Source of the DNA: Priapulus caudatus
Lineage: Eukaryota
Direction: 5' to 3'
DNA length: 62,003 nucleotides
NCBI RefSeq assembly: GCF_000485595.1
Contig: NW_014577066.1
Coordinates: forward strand, 84,973-146,975
Under the pieces are notes generated by a model. That model was not told the DNA's origin. It saw only the letters and a list, made by a program, of their open reading frames with translations, and made no database searches. The position numbers were made by a program, and so were the translations under genes. Every line of letters begins with the position of its first letter. The stretch's first letter is position 1. Shown here one piece after another: positions 24,631-37,994 of the stretch.

Positions 24631-27104
24631 GTACGTGGGTACAGCCGCTGAGCGAGCACGCGTAACGTTGTCATGACGCGCGCGTAGAGAGATCTGCAGA
24701 GGCAGTGAGAAGTCTGTGTGTGGTCAAAGAAATGCGCCGAGGCAGCAATGGGTAGTTGGATCAGAGGAATCTAGGCAGGTAGAAAGGAGTTTGTAGGGTC
24801 GGAGAAGCGCATGGAGGCGGGAGGGGAAATAGGGGTTCATGCAGTGAGATCCACTGAATACGAACGGGATTTGGATGGCTAGAGGGATCCGTGGTAGCAG
24901 TCATGGTGGTGGCAGTCAGACGTGTCATCGTTTGAAGCTGTTCACTGTTGTTCTGGACAGACGCTCTGCAGCGTTGGTCTGTGCTGTTGTTCCATGCCAT
25001 CGTTCTGCACTGTTGTTCCATGCCATTGTTTGTTGCTGTTGTTCCACGCCGTGGTTCCGTGCCGACGTTCCTTTCTGTCGGTGGCGCGCCTTCTCTATTC
25101 CGTCCACTGCGCTCATAGGTGCCGCAAAGGATGGAGATATATATAGTTGGGGGTTACGTTATTCCTTTTTAATATTCCGATTATACGGGATTATCTTCGC
25201 GGTGGTTATTCGGTAGCTGCGCTCGCGATTCCACGGTGTTCGGTTCGCGTTCGTGTAGAGGCGCCGGTTGTCCCATTGAAGTCGGTGTCGGATGAGCGGG
25301 CGTGCGTGCGTGTGTGTGCGTGCGTGCGTCCAGCCGGCTCGTATCATGGAATGCGAGCTTCGCGCGTCTTTCTCACACGTCGGTGTCGGCCGTGATTTAA
25401 GCGTGTCCGCTGGTCTAATTAATATCGCGCTGGAACGGAGCGAGCACGTGCTTGCGGACGTATAGTGTATACACACATACACACACTCCCTTCTCTCGCA
25501 CTCCCCGTTACTACAACTAACGTGCGTGCTTGATATATGCATATTCCGCTTTCTTTCTGTTACTACCTAAGTATTGCGCGCGTGTGCGTGCTACCTTTTC
25601 GCTGTTTCCATTATCTGTATGGCCGTGCGTGCGGACGTGCGTATGCGTGTATACCTACTCTTGCGTTTACCGTTACTACTGAGTAAAACTAGCGCGTGGG
25701 TGTATGTGTGTGCGTCTACGAATCCCGGAGAGCGAGAGAGAGGGCGAGAGAGAGAGAGAGAGATTCCATTATGCCCGCGCGCGCCGACTTTCTCACGGAG
25801 CGGTACACGTTTTGTATTGTACTTTGCGTAGCACAGCACGCGTGTGTGTAGTAGAGAGTGGGTCTTTCACTCGCCGATCAAGCCGTTGCCCTCGCCGCCG
25901 CCAGTGGCCGGTGCTCGCACGCGGCCATTGTAGCGAAGACATTAGAGCAACCTTATTATATGGAAAGCTCCAGCTGCTTTCATTAGAGCGCCTTTGTCCG
26001 GTGGCGGTCTTTGTCTCAGGGGCAGGTAAATGCTGGAGGGATTGGTCGCTGCCAGACGGTGGCCCTCCGATGCTCATTAGCGGCTTGGCCCAATGAAGCG
26101 GGGAGTGCTAGCACTGCTGCTGCTGTTGGTGGTCGCGGCGGTGGCATTACGCCCAGTGCACAGGTAGAGGTGAGAGTGCCAGCACATTGACTGTTATAAA
26201 TTGTTTGGTTTTTGTGCTGTGGAAAGACAGAGAGAGAGCGAGAGAGACCGGTAGACTGACAGAGACTTCGCGGCTCTAATATATTATATAATATATAATA
26301 TATATAAGTCGCCGTTGGCCCTCTAATCATAGCCGCCCGACAAGCCGCATGGAAGGTATTCTACTTTGTTGCTAATTTGCCATTTGCTAGATTTTTTTCG
26401 TGGTCGTAAGCATCGTTCTTGTAGGCGCTCGCCTTGTCATTGCTATAACTAAGGTTACAGCGAAACTTCACCAGGCAACGTCGTCTCGTTTTCAACTAGC
26501 TCTGACTACGTCTGCCTATCTCTGAATACCTCTCACTTATCTCTGGCTGCCTTCTATTATCTCTGTCCCCAACTACATCTACAAATCTCTTATGCTATCT
26601 CAGGGGACATCTGATTAACTCTGAATACGTCTGATCATGACGCTATAACTGTTGCATGGATTCATCTGCACGGATTATAACCTGGGGGAAAGTCTGGCTA
26701 AGGGATATTGTTTATTTATTTACTCATTTATTTAATATATTTTATTTATTTATTTATTCGTGGGTAACTGATATCGCAGCCACGCGCCTCGGATCTTGCC
26801 CTATAACTGTCGCACAGCTCCGATGTAACCGCGGTCACCGTAGCCGTGCCTTTGTATGCGCGCAGCAGACGACAGACGGCCAGAGGGGGCCTAGTGTAGA
26901 CCAGCAGACGATGTATTGTTGTTGTATTCGAAGTTATTATACTCGGAACTATTATTGCACGGGAAATTGTTCTCGATGTGTCGTCGTGTAGCCCCCCCCC
27001 CCTCTGCACCGTCGCCGTCGTCGCGTACATTTGTACTCTTTTCCCGCATTCAGAGATTCTCCCGTGCGATGTACTCCTCTGTCAGCCGCCGCGTCGTCTT
27101 CCTC

Positions 27105-27270
27105 TTCCCTCAGCCCCTTCCATCAGCCTCCTTCCTCATCCTCCCCCCTCAGCCTCCTCCCTCAGTCTCCTTCCTCGGTCTCCTTCCTCCTCTCTCTCCA
27201 TGTGCCCCTCCCTCAGCCTCCTTCTTTAGCTTCCTCCCTCTGCCTCCTCCATCAGCCCCCTCCCTCAGTG
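27105..27270. repeat. CCT-rich cctcagcctcc repeat; related copy at 28345-28560
   Basis: Both tracts share ctcagtctccttcc and ccatgtgcccctccctcagcctccttc. Confidence 0.85.
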
Positions 27271-29649
27271 TAACATGGCTATTATTCTATCGTACATCGT
27301 AATAGCGGTACGCGTCGGTGAAATACACCGGTGCTAAAACGTCTATCATTTACAACACATAAAGAACACAATAACTGATATGTACGTATTAATTTAAAGT
27401 AACTATTGCGAGAGTTTTCCAGTGTTTTCACCACTTTCATGACACCTACAGTTATTGCTTGAGTAACAGCAATTGTCTAGAGTAACAATAAAATGTCTTA
27501 GAACCTTCGTATTCACTAAGGTCGAACTACTAGTTTGGTAAACAATCGTTTGTTGTCATCTTGAAACAAGCCGGAAGTATGGATTAGCTAGTGGCGCCAC
27601 CGCTTATCTGCCATAGACAAAGTACAGGCTCTCTCAAATCATGCACTTGTTTTCAATTAATCACGGACACAAATACAAGGTTACCAATTCTGCCATTAGG
27701 CATTATCGCGACACAATAAAATGCATTGCTGTTACGATGTGTTCATATCCAATTTTCTATGCTATAACTGCATAAAATATTAGTATTTTTAATGTTGGTG
27801 TAACCAGTGATATTTCCGCTGTCAGATGAGACTATATTCTGCTATATTTAGTTTTTCTAAGCAAAAATCTCGCAATACACACTTTAAGTCCAGTAAACGT
27901 TTAATGAACATATCTTAACTAACGTATAATCCTACTAAGGGGGCAGTATCGCGTACATATGTTTGCGCGGTGCATGAACATAACTTACGATTTCAAAAGA
28001 AGGTATGCGGTCGCAGAGACGATGTACAGAGTATTTTTGAACTGATGAATATAGAGCTTGTGAGAGAGATTGCCAGAGAGCTGTCCCGTACATCCGTGCG
28101 CGCGGTTTTTACACGTGTGTCCGGTCTATTGTTCTTCTCCTGGCCAATTGCCTTATCCTGCTCGCTAACTGGCTGTCGCGAGGTTCCGGTCAGTACCCAG
28201 CGTTTAAACAAAGACTACTTCTCAAGCTATTTCCGTTCTCTCTCTATTGTCTAATTTCACTATTACACATATATATAAACTAGCCTTATCCTTGGCGTGG
28301 CCCTATTTTCATAACTACTTATCATACTAATTGCTCTGTATTACATCAGCCTGCTTCCTCAGCCTCCCCCCTCAGCCTCCTCTCTCAGTCTCCTTCCCCA
28401 GTCTCCTCTTTCCGCCCCCTCCATGTGCCCCTCCCTCAGCCTCCTTCCTTAGCCTCCTCCATCAGCCTCCTTCCTCAACTTCCCTCCCTCAGCCTCCTCC
28501 CTCAGCCTCCTCCCTCAACTCCCCTCCCTCAGCCTCCTCCCTTAGCCTCTTCCCTCACGCTCTCCGATGCCTGGTCAGTCAGCGTTGCCATCGTCGTCGT
28601 CGTCGTACAGTGCAGTAGTTTAATAAGCAAGGCTTATAAACCGAATTGCCTGCGTGACTATGGCTAGCTTGGTTCGTTCGCCTTCTTTTCGTTTCTAGGG
28701 AGATGTATAGGTTTCGTCGGTATTTCCTCCTGCTTACCACGCCGCAGGTAAATGCAACGTAGGGAAAGTATAGCCACCGTAATAATATTTCAAAGTATTG
28801 AAGGGAAAAAAGGTGGATCGTATGATGGCAGGTTAGTGCGAGCATACCGCTGAGCACGTGTAGTTGTAGTCCGTCGCAGTCTAGATACGGATTTCGGAGC
28901 CGGATCGGAATCTCTGGGAAAATTTCGCGATTTTTTTGTTATTGTTGGCCGTGCGTATTTTGAAATGTTGTGGCCTTCTGGGATTTTCAGGGGATTGGAG
29001 GCCCTGGTTTATTGGAACGTGACTGTGGCGGCGTGTACTGCCAGCCTGCGCGCGCGCGCGTGCGTGCGTGCGCGTGCGTGCGCGTGCGCGTGCCTGTAGA
29101 ACATTCTCGAATAGCGATCGACGTCACCGGACAGCAGGAGGTGGCTTCTTGCACAGTTCTCTTCCGCTTTCTTTCACGCAATAGTAATTAATTCCGCGTC
29201 TGTGTATAGGCAATAGTGGGTGTAGATAGATTTTGTCTTGTGCGGTTGCAGAAGGCTTTAACGGGCATCTTATCTCCGCGGCACGTGGTCCTCGAATTTT
29301 TGGTTCGCGTTTTGTCGTCTCTCTCTCTCTCTCTCTCTCTCTCGCTCGATCTCTCTCTCACTCACTCACTCACTCACTCACTCACTCTCTCTCTCGCTCT
29401 CTGGAATCTCCTCATTTCCTGCCGCGAGTTACTTCGTATGCTTTTTATTGGTCTGTGGTAGTGCAGCTGTGGTGGCACGGTGTCGAAGGTGTGCAGTAGA
29501 GGGTCTGAGAGTCGGTGCCGGTGTCTGGACGTCGGGGGTTCTCGGACACGATCAGTGTGTTAGGGTGCGATGTTGGAGAGGAATGAAGGGTGTTAGATGG
29601 GATTCGGTACGCCTCCGTTACGTAGCACGAATGTATAGTATGGTATATC

Positions 29650-29681
<32 letters not shown>

Positions 29682-29786
29682 TATACGTATATTATACTTA
29701 CTCCGTAGCTAGTACATCCCGCCCCCTCCCTTCCTTCCGCCCTACCTCCCTCCTTCCCTTCATTCCTTAGTAGAGAACCTTCTTCC

Positions 29787-29980
29787 CCTGTATCTCCGCT
29801 ACAAGCCAGCCTAATGGACACCGCCTCTGTATCTCCGCTACAAGCCAGCTTAGTGGACACCACTCCTGTATCTCCGCTACAAGCCAGCTTAGTGGACACC
29901 ACTCCTGTATCTCCGCTACAAGCCAGCTTAGTGGACACCACTCCTGTATCTCCGCTACAAGCCAGCTTAGTGGACACCAC
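29787..29980. repeat. 39-bp minisatellite, 5 copies
   Basis: cctgtatctccgctacaagccagcttagtggacaccact is repeated. Confidence 0.95.
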
Positions 29981-30443
29981 CCCTTCCCCTCTATTGAGGC
30001 TACAGGTCAGCTTACCGGAGTCCTCCCCCCTTCCCCGCGCACTCATTTGTAGGAGATTACATATGAATGAGTGCGTTCAATTCGCAGGCGTCGTCGTCAT
30101 TACAGGACCGATTATACGATGCAGTCCCCCCCCTCCCGATCGCCCCTTCCCTCCCTCCTTCCTCCATCGGTAACCCGACCTACGCGCAGCAAGTTCATGC
30201 AGACGTGATCAGAACTCTCAAGCTTTTTACCGATTAATTATCGTCCAGTTGATACATCTCCCGTAAGTGAGCGCAGAGGCAGGGAGCAGAGGAGAGCGTG
30301 GCGAGAAAGAGTGGAGAGGAAAGAAGGGGGCATGCCGAGGGGGGGGGAGGGAAAGAGATTTAGGATTTAGGCTCTATATTCGACACATGCGCGATTATTG
30401 CACCGGCGCGCGCAATGGAGCCGCTCTGACGCGCGCGCCTGTG

Positions 30444-30676
30444 CCCGAGGGTGAGGGGAAATGGGCTGCTGCCACATATGGCGCGCACGCACGCCGAGGG
30501 TGAGGGGAAATGGGCTTCTGCCACATACGGCACGCACGCACGCGCGCACACGCGCCGAGGGTGAGGGGAAATGGGCTTCTGCCACATACGGCACGCACGC
30601 ACGCACACACGTGTCGAGGGTGAGGGGAAATGGGCTGCTGCCACATACGGCATGCACGCACGCACGCACGCACGCG
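30444..30676. repeat. ~50-60 bp minisatellite, 4 copies
   Basis: cgagggtgaggggaaatgggct(g/t)ctgccacata(c/t)gg followed by (GCAC)n. Confidence 0.95.
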
Positions 30677-31648
30677 CTGTGGTTACCCCTGCCTCGTGTC
30701 GTGTCGCTCGCCGCGTTGACAGGTTCCTCCGGTGACTGAGGGAAGCCCCGCACTGAAAATTTCGCACCTCCTAGACACTGTTGGGTCGCCACCGTTTCAC
30801 CAGAGACTAACCAATCATCCCTCGCCCACCGGGGGACGAGGCCGTTATACTGCATCACAGCATGATCACAGTAATATGTTTGGAATGGTTCCGCGTCCGT
30901 GTGACTGAGCGAGCGTGTGTGCGTTTGTGTTTACGTGTGTTGTTGGGGAGAAGGGGCGGGGGTAGAGTGAGAGCGATTTCATTGAGTAATGATGACGTGC
31001 AGTAGTTTAGTCAGTGCATACTCTACACCTGTCAGCAGTGCGCGCGCGGCGGCGGCAATGGGAGACTCGGACAGAATTCATTGGCGTAATGGTGTTAAGA
31101 ACGGTAACCAAGCGACGGATATCTGTCAGTCTTACATCCCTTGCAGAGGTAGCGCTGCATTTGCGTCGGACTGTGTAGGCATATTTGCAATCGAGGAAAT
31201 TGCGTTCGTATCATGCTCAGCAGAAGGTGACGGGTGTCGACGTATGTGTGTGTGGTAAGGGGAAGAAGTGGGTGGATGGCAATAGTAGGCTATGTTGCGC
31301 GGCATTTAGTAGTAAGTAGCCTCCGCTGTGCTTTTTCACTCGCGGTGTTTATACGAATTTAGCTTGCTCATTACGTCCTCTGTGAAGCACCATTTCGTGT
31401 TGGAGTGTTTTGTGAAGCGAACCTCACTTTACAGAGCGAATGATTCTAATTGCATTTGAGAAGGGGAGAGGGGGTACCTGGATCGGAAGAGGGAGTGGGT
31501 AGAGAGAAGGAGCGCTAGAAAGAGCATGACACTTGGTTTCTAGCTTAAAACTCGTGTGGTTGTAATATGGACGTGATATGTAAAAGTTGTAGGATTGCAT
31601 GATTTGAAGCTTATATACAGACGTTCTTTGATCGCCTGGTGTGCAGCC

Positions 31649-31699
<51 letters not shown>

Positions 31700-31822
31700 A
31701 CGTTAGTTAGTTACTTACGACGTACGGTACGTAGTTAGGTAGTACTACGTATTATATAGTAGTGGTGGTGTGTACGTCGGACGNNNNNNNNNNTACTCCT
31801 CGTCGTGTCGTCGTCGTACGTA

Positions 31823-31865
<43 letters not shown>

Positions 31866-32365
31866 AGTCGTTTGTTAATCCAGCCTCGGAGACGTTTGGA
31901 ATCAGTCTATATGTATGCGGTGTGTGTGCGCGGCCGGTTTACTATAGTTTACAGTGCCGTAGTCGAACTGTGAATGGTTTAGAGTGGTAATGTAAACACT
32001 GCAGTAAATTTAGTTCTGCGTTTCGTCAAACTAACGTTTTTTTCAAATTAAATAACATTTCGGGTCCGCGTTCGTGACCAGCTTGCTAGGTTACGCATCC
32101 GCCTATAGCAGCCGAAGCCAGTGCGCGATATTTCGAATGATATATTCAAAATCGGCGTCGCGATTTGAAGACGATATCGTGCGTCTGCAGGTGCGCGCCG
32201 CACGAGCGCTGATGGAGTCCGAGTTCTGTCTGTGCTCGCTTCATATAATCTCACAGATCCTTCGTTATATAATCTCATAGACATCGTTGATCATAAGCCG
32301 CCCCCCCCCCCCGATGGCGAGTTGAAGGTGCATGCTACGTCCGTGTTGGCTTGCCGGTATTGGGG

Positions 32366-32452
32366 TAGCTCTAGAACTATAGCCCTGCGCTCTCAAGCCC
32401 TCTGTCACAAGCACTGCCTGTGGCAGAGTGAAGGGCTATAGTTCTAGAGCTA
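32366..32452. mobile_element. 87-bp MITE with perfect 21-bp TIRs, TAG...CTA termini and a degenerate 9-bp TSD
   Basis: tagctctagaactatagccct ... agggctatagttctagagcta. Flanks gtattgggg and gcattggtg match at 7 of 9 positions. Confidence 0.75.
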
Positions 32453-32587
32453 GCATTGGTGAGGCTGGTAAAGCAAGCCATTGGTCACGCGCGTGAATGC
32501 AGATAGATATACCGGTTAGATCAGTCAGCCTACCCCAGCGATGCGGAAGCCTACACACACCTGTCTGCTCACTGAATAACTAACTAT

Positions 32588-32626
32588 CAAGAGCGTATAA
32601 AGAAGGACCTTCTTTATACGCTCGTG
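32588..32626. mobile_element. 39-bp TIR-only palindromic insertion with a 7-bp TSD (P-element-like CA...TG ends)
   Basis: taactat|caagagcgtataaagaagg-a-ccttctttatacgctcgtg|taactat. Confidence 0.75.
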
Positions 32627-34069
32627 TAACTATGTAACTAAGTATAGGCCAGCATGATGCGCTACGGAAGCTATTAGCGCCCCCTTTTTTGATAGTCACT
32701 TGGAGTCACTTGGAGTAATTTTAATCAAGTAAAATGACGCATGAGTCAAAATACTCACGCGTAATATTTTCAGCGTTCGCCGCACACGTGAGTAAAATTA
32801 CTCAAGGAACACGTGGTAATAGAGATCACGTGACTGTGCGCAGCCAATACTGGGCGCACAATGATTTAAACGCATGCGCTGTGAGTACCAGTGTTGAGTA
32901 AATTTACTCAGCGCACGCGCACACGTTGAGTAAAGTGACGTGTGCGCCGGGCTTAAATAGAATCGCCCGTTGTGTTAGCTGGCTAAATGCCTCGCTGTTT
33001 TATATATCGTGCGTATACACGTTGTTAACGTCGAATAATTCGTGCGAAAATCGGTCCTTGAAACATCCGGACGTGTACTAGATTTATCTCTATTTACTAT
33101 CATCGAGATTTTATGTCGGAGTCCACATCTTCCTAGATTACAATGTATGGCGGAGCTTCTTAACTGCGCCAATGTAGGGACGGTTTTTGATGTCACACGT
33201 TACACGTCGGTCTATGATCGTAGACAGTGATGGTCGAAGACGTCGTGTATAATATAGACGGCTTTATTCTAATATATATAATATAATAATATATATAGGT
33301 TACGATATACATTATACATAAGCATCATTTTGCATGCTACAACAAGTATGAACGTAAATATGTGAGTCACGTCGCAGCACTCTCGCCTACGTAACATGAG
33401 CTCTCGCGTGTACACGTGTAGTATAGGTGATCGTCGGTCGGACCGGTGGAGCAGTATCCCGCTGTTTTATCCGTCGAGCACGCACGCACGCGTAAGCGAA
33501 TTTTCTCGTTAGCTTGGCGCGTGGGTACGCCCCGCACTAGCTGCTCGCTGCTAATGCGATTTCTCTGCACCGTGTGCATGTATGTAATTGATCTGTGAGA
33601 GCCGAGCGGTGAGTGTGCGCCGGAGAGAGGAGACGCCGCTAGTTCTCCTATTCGTTTCTCCCCGCACTGCTGCCGTCTCGCCGACCATGCGTGCAGGGCA
33701 CATTTAGATTTACTCACAAATACACATGCAACTGTTAAAGCTTTTAACGGAAGAACTGTAGAACTTTTACACCTTTAAACACCTGCGATGTCATTTGAGC
33801 TGAGAAACAGGCTAGGCGTGGATTTATAGTTGCATTAATCTACGCGCATTGACGTACGAATGACATGTTGTTGAGTGGCAATGGCGTAGATAGGTTTATT
33901 CGTCCAATTACTTTCCTTGCACGGCGCTAGCGTGTTCTGGGGGGAATAACTATATATAAGCAGGAGCTAATAATGACAAATTTTGTCATTATTAGCTCCT
34001 GATATAAGCTATATATGCAGAGACTTGAGACGCTGCAGAGCATGATCGCATACTCGAGTATTACCCCGC

Positions 34070-34124
<55 letters not shown>

Positions 34125-35093
34125 NNNNNNNNNNNNNNNNNNNNNNNNNNNNNNNNNNNNNNNNNNNNNNNNNNNNNNNNNNNNNNNNNNNNNNNNNNNN
34201 NNNNNNNNNNNNNNNNNNNNNNNNNNNNNNNNNNNNNNNNNNNNNNNNNNNNNNNNNNNNNNNNNNNNNNNNNNNNNNNNNNNNNNNNNNNNNNNNNNNN
34301 NNNNNNNNNNNNNNNNNNNNNNNNNNNNNNNNNNNNNNNNNNNNNNNNNNNNNNNNNNNNNNNNNNNNNNNNNNNNNNNNNNNNNNNNNNNNNNNNNNNN
34401 NNNNNNNNNNNNNNNNNNNNNNNNNNNNNNNNNNNNNNNNNNNNNNNNNNNNNNNNNNNNNNNNNNNNNNNNNNNNNNNNNNNNNNNNNNNNNNNNNNNN
34501 NNNNNNNNNNNNNNNNNNNNNNNNNNNNNNNNNNNNNNNNNNNNNNNNNNNNNNNNNNNNNNNNNNNNNNNNNNNNNNNNNNNNNNNNNNNNNNNNNNNN
34601 NNNNNNNNNNNNNNNNNNNNNNNNNNNNNNNNNNNNNNNNNNNNNNNNNNNNNNNNNNNNNNNNNNNNNNNNNNNNNNNNNNNNNNNNNNNNNNNNNNNN
34701 NNNNNNNNNNNNNNNNNNNNNNNNNNNNNNNNNNNNNNNNNNNNNNNNNNNNNNNNNNNNNNNNNNNNNNNNNNNNNNNNNNNNNNNNNNNNNNNNNNNN
34801 NNNNNNNNNNNNNNNNNNNNNNNNNNNNNNNNNNNNNNNNNNNNNNNNNNNNNNNNNNNNNNNNNNNNNNNNNNNNNNNNNNNNNNNNNNNNNNNNNNNN
34901 NNNNNNNNNNNNNNNNNNNNNNNNNNNNNNNNNNNNNNNNNNNNNNNNNNNNNNNNNNNNNNNNNNNNNNNNNNNNNNNNNNNNNNNNNNNNNNNNNNNN
35001 NNNNNNNNNNNNNNNNNNNNNNNNNNNNNNNNNNNNNNNNNNNNNNNNNNNNNNNNNNNNNNNNNNNNNNNNNNNNNNNNNNNNNNNNNNNNN

Positions 35094-35168
<75 letters not shown>

Positions 35169-37945
35169 CAGAGAAAGATAGAGGGGAGCAAAGTGAGAGA
35201 CAGAGCGAGGGGAGAGGCGTAGGGGCGAGAGTGGTGGGTGGAAGAGGAAGGGCAGAGTGCAACCATGAGAGAACGGGGAGAACGGGAGTGAGTCGGAGAG
35301 AGCAAGGGGGAAGATATTCAGGTAGCTAGATCGAGACAGAGAGAAGGGGAGAAAACGAGCGAGGGGGCAGAAGTAGCATGGGGTGGGGGAAGCCAGGGAG
35401 TGAGCGGCGAATAGAAAGAGAGAAAGCACCGTATAGCAGCATGAACACATATATATATACATGCGCGGACTGATCTAGCTGCGGTATATATATTGACTAC
35501 ATATGGCCGCCGCATCGCGTCACGCATTAATCAATGGCGCGGCTGTCATTAACAAATTGGGCAGAAGACATATTAGGCTGTCAGCTGTTTAGTTGTCGGA
35601 TGACCTGCGACGCGCTGTGGCGGCTAATGATGGGCAGGTAGTTATAGCCGCGCCGCGAGCATTCCGCGCGTCTGCCAGGTGACGTTCAACAGCATGTGTG
35701 TCCGAGACCCCCCGCCACGCGCGCACACACGCACGCACCCGCGCGCGCATGCACACGGACTTGCGCAGAGACACACGCACACACGCGCGCGCATGCACAC
35801 GGACTCGCGCACATAGACACGCGCGCACACTCACGCACCCACGCGCGCATGCACACGCGCATGCAGTCATTGGAGTGGCACAGATACGATGAGGTTAAAT
35901 GTGTCTCTGCGGTGCACTTTTGCCCGCTATTAGTTTGATGAGAACGTATAACGTCGCTGTCAGCTGCACGTGCGTGCACACATGGCGTTTGTGCGCGCGT
36001 GCGAGCATGCGTACGTTTGCGTGTGCGTGTATAACTGGCAACTGAAAGCATTCTGGCTTAGCGGGTCTGATCATGATGACAAACCACTACAGTTGCCAGT
36101 ATATATACTGTACAGGTGTGCACGCGTCCGCTGATACTAACCGCAAACACGCAAAACTCGTCTAATCTGTCAGAGCATTTCCGCGCAACGAGCTGACAAA
36201 ACGAAGGGGAAACGCATCGGTTTTCTCCCACTTCGCCCCGTCGCGCCAGCTTCGGATGTTCATACGCCGGCGCGCCGCCTTGCGGTCGCCATCGGAAGCA
36301 TATATGCTCGTGCGGCGACGACGCGCGCACGGTTTCCGCTTTCCCGCGTGTACGTGGATCAACGGTTTTGCTGGCCTGTTTGATCCCGGCTTGTTTGGGT
36401 TTGTTGGCGCTACAAACAGAGCGCGCGGCGAATGTATTGACCCGCGCGAGGCGACAGCGCTCTCACCCTCCTCCCCTCTCTCTCTCTCTCTCTCGCTCTC
36501 GCTGTCGCTCGCGTGCGCTCTCTATCTATCTCTCCTAGCGCCACACAGCCAGCCTTCCTGTAGTAGATCAATTTCCTGCTCCGAGCGCGCGGTAGTCGAG
36601 CGAAAGCCTGAATAAGCAAAACCTCGTCTTCTGTTTGCGCTGCGCGTAACGAGAAATGGGGAGGGAGGGTGGCATGAAGGAGAGCGACAGCTGTGCAGTA
36701 GTGGTCCCTGCAAAGGGCAGCCTCGAAATGTGCAGTCGATATATATATATATATAATAATTATATACGCCGTAGGCTTTAATCTAGCTGGGTATCGCATG
36801 CGGTTGCATGAATAATCTTTAAACTTGAAATTCGTTGTGCGCGGATTAAGTTTCAGCGAGTGTTCGTTTTACGTAAAATATCTGTGTGTTAGGTAGGCTA
36901 GCATGAAATTCATTCTAGGAACATATAGAGCGTATGCGTGCGTTGATACGAATGGCTATGGACCGTGTGTTGGGCTTCTTCTCATGGAGGGGGGGGCGTT
37001 GATGATGTTTCTCCTGCGGTGGCGCCACGCAGACGATTCTGCGTCCCTGACAGACGGCGGTTGTGGCTTCTTCTACCAGCGGCCCTGCCGAACAGCGAGC
37101 CTGATAGAGGATGCAATTGCTTTTATATCCCCTCTCTCACTCTCATATGTACGCTCGCACGCATGCGCATGCGCGCGGGGGCAACATAGGTGCGGTGATT
37201 CAGGGATGCCGTGGCAAGTGCGTGTGCGCACGAGCGCGTGCGTGCGTGCGGGAGTGCGTGCGTTACTTCTCTTGCAACCCCGTTGTATCGCTAGCGCATA
37301 TCGTTCAGCTTTCTTTTTCGGCTTTCTATGACTGCACAACCAGCCAGCCTGTCTTCACTGTGAATACTGCATCGCTAAATAATGCTTCATTGCTAATCGT
37401 ATCCTGCATTCTTTCCTCTTTCTTGACTTCCCTTCCTTCCTCCACCTTCTGCACTCTTTTCCACCTCCTCCGTTTCTGCCTTCCTACCCTATTCCTTCTT
37501 CTCTCCATATCTCTGCATTTCCTCCCCCCCTCTCTCCCTCTCTCCCTCTCTGCCTCTCTGCTTCTCTCTCCCTTCCTCCCTCCCTCCCTCCCTCTCCTTT
37601 CCTCCCTCCCTCTCCTAACCTTTCAGTGTATGCGCACGTACGCCACTCTATAGTTCGCAGCGAGTCATTTGATTAGCAAATCTGCAGCACTCATCAGCAA
37701 GCAAAGTTAATCTGGTTTTCCAGTTGACTACGACTAAATGCGCTGGCCAGAAAGGGCCGGAGAGATAAAAGCGCTGATTGGCTTGTCTTGCGAGCCGCCC
37801 GAACGCTCCGAGATGGCGCTGCGTAATTCCTTCGTAGACGGACGTCGTCGTCTTTTCGCGTGGCGTGCAGAGAGCTTCTCGCAGGCATGGTCGATGTTCG
37901 TGCAACTACGGTTGGCACTCTAGGGCTATTCGATATGTGTGTGTG

Positions 37946-37978
<33 letters not shown>

Positions 37979-37994
37979 GCGCGCGTGCGGTGCG

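Noticed and set aside
29597..29612. ATGGGATTCG|gtacgc as another phase-1 start exon
   Set aside because: Only 10 coding nt, preceded by out-of-frame ATGs, and could easily be chance.
29681..30173. ORFs with 13-aa repeats (SPLQASLVDTTPV / VVSTKLACSGDTG)
   Set aside because: A by-product of a 39-bp minisatellite open on both strands, with no convincing splice sites.
31690..31825. Odd TACG/TAGT-rich low-complexity text around a 10-N gap
   Set aside because: It looks like degraded read ends after a (TA)n run, resembling pyrosequencing TACG flow-order noise, not biology.
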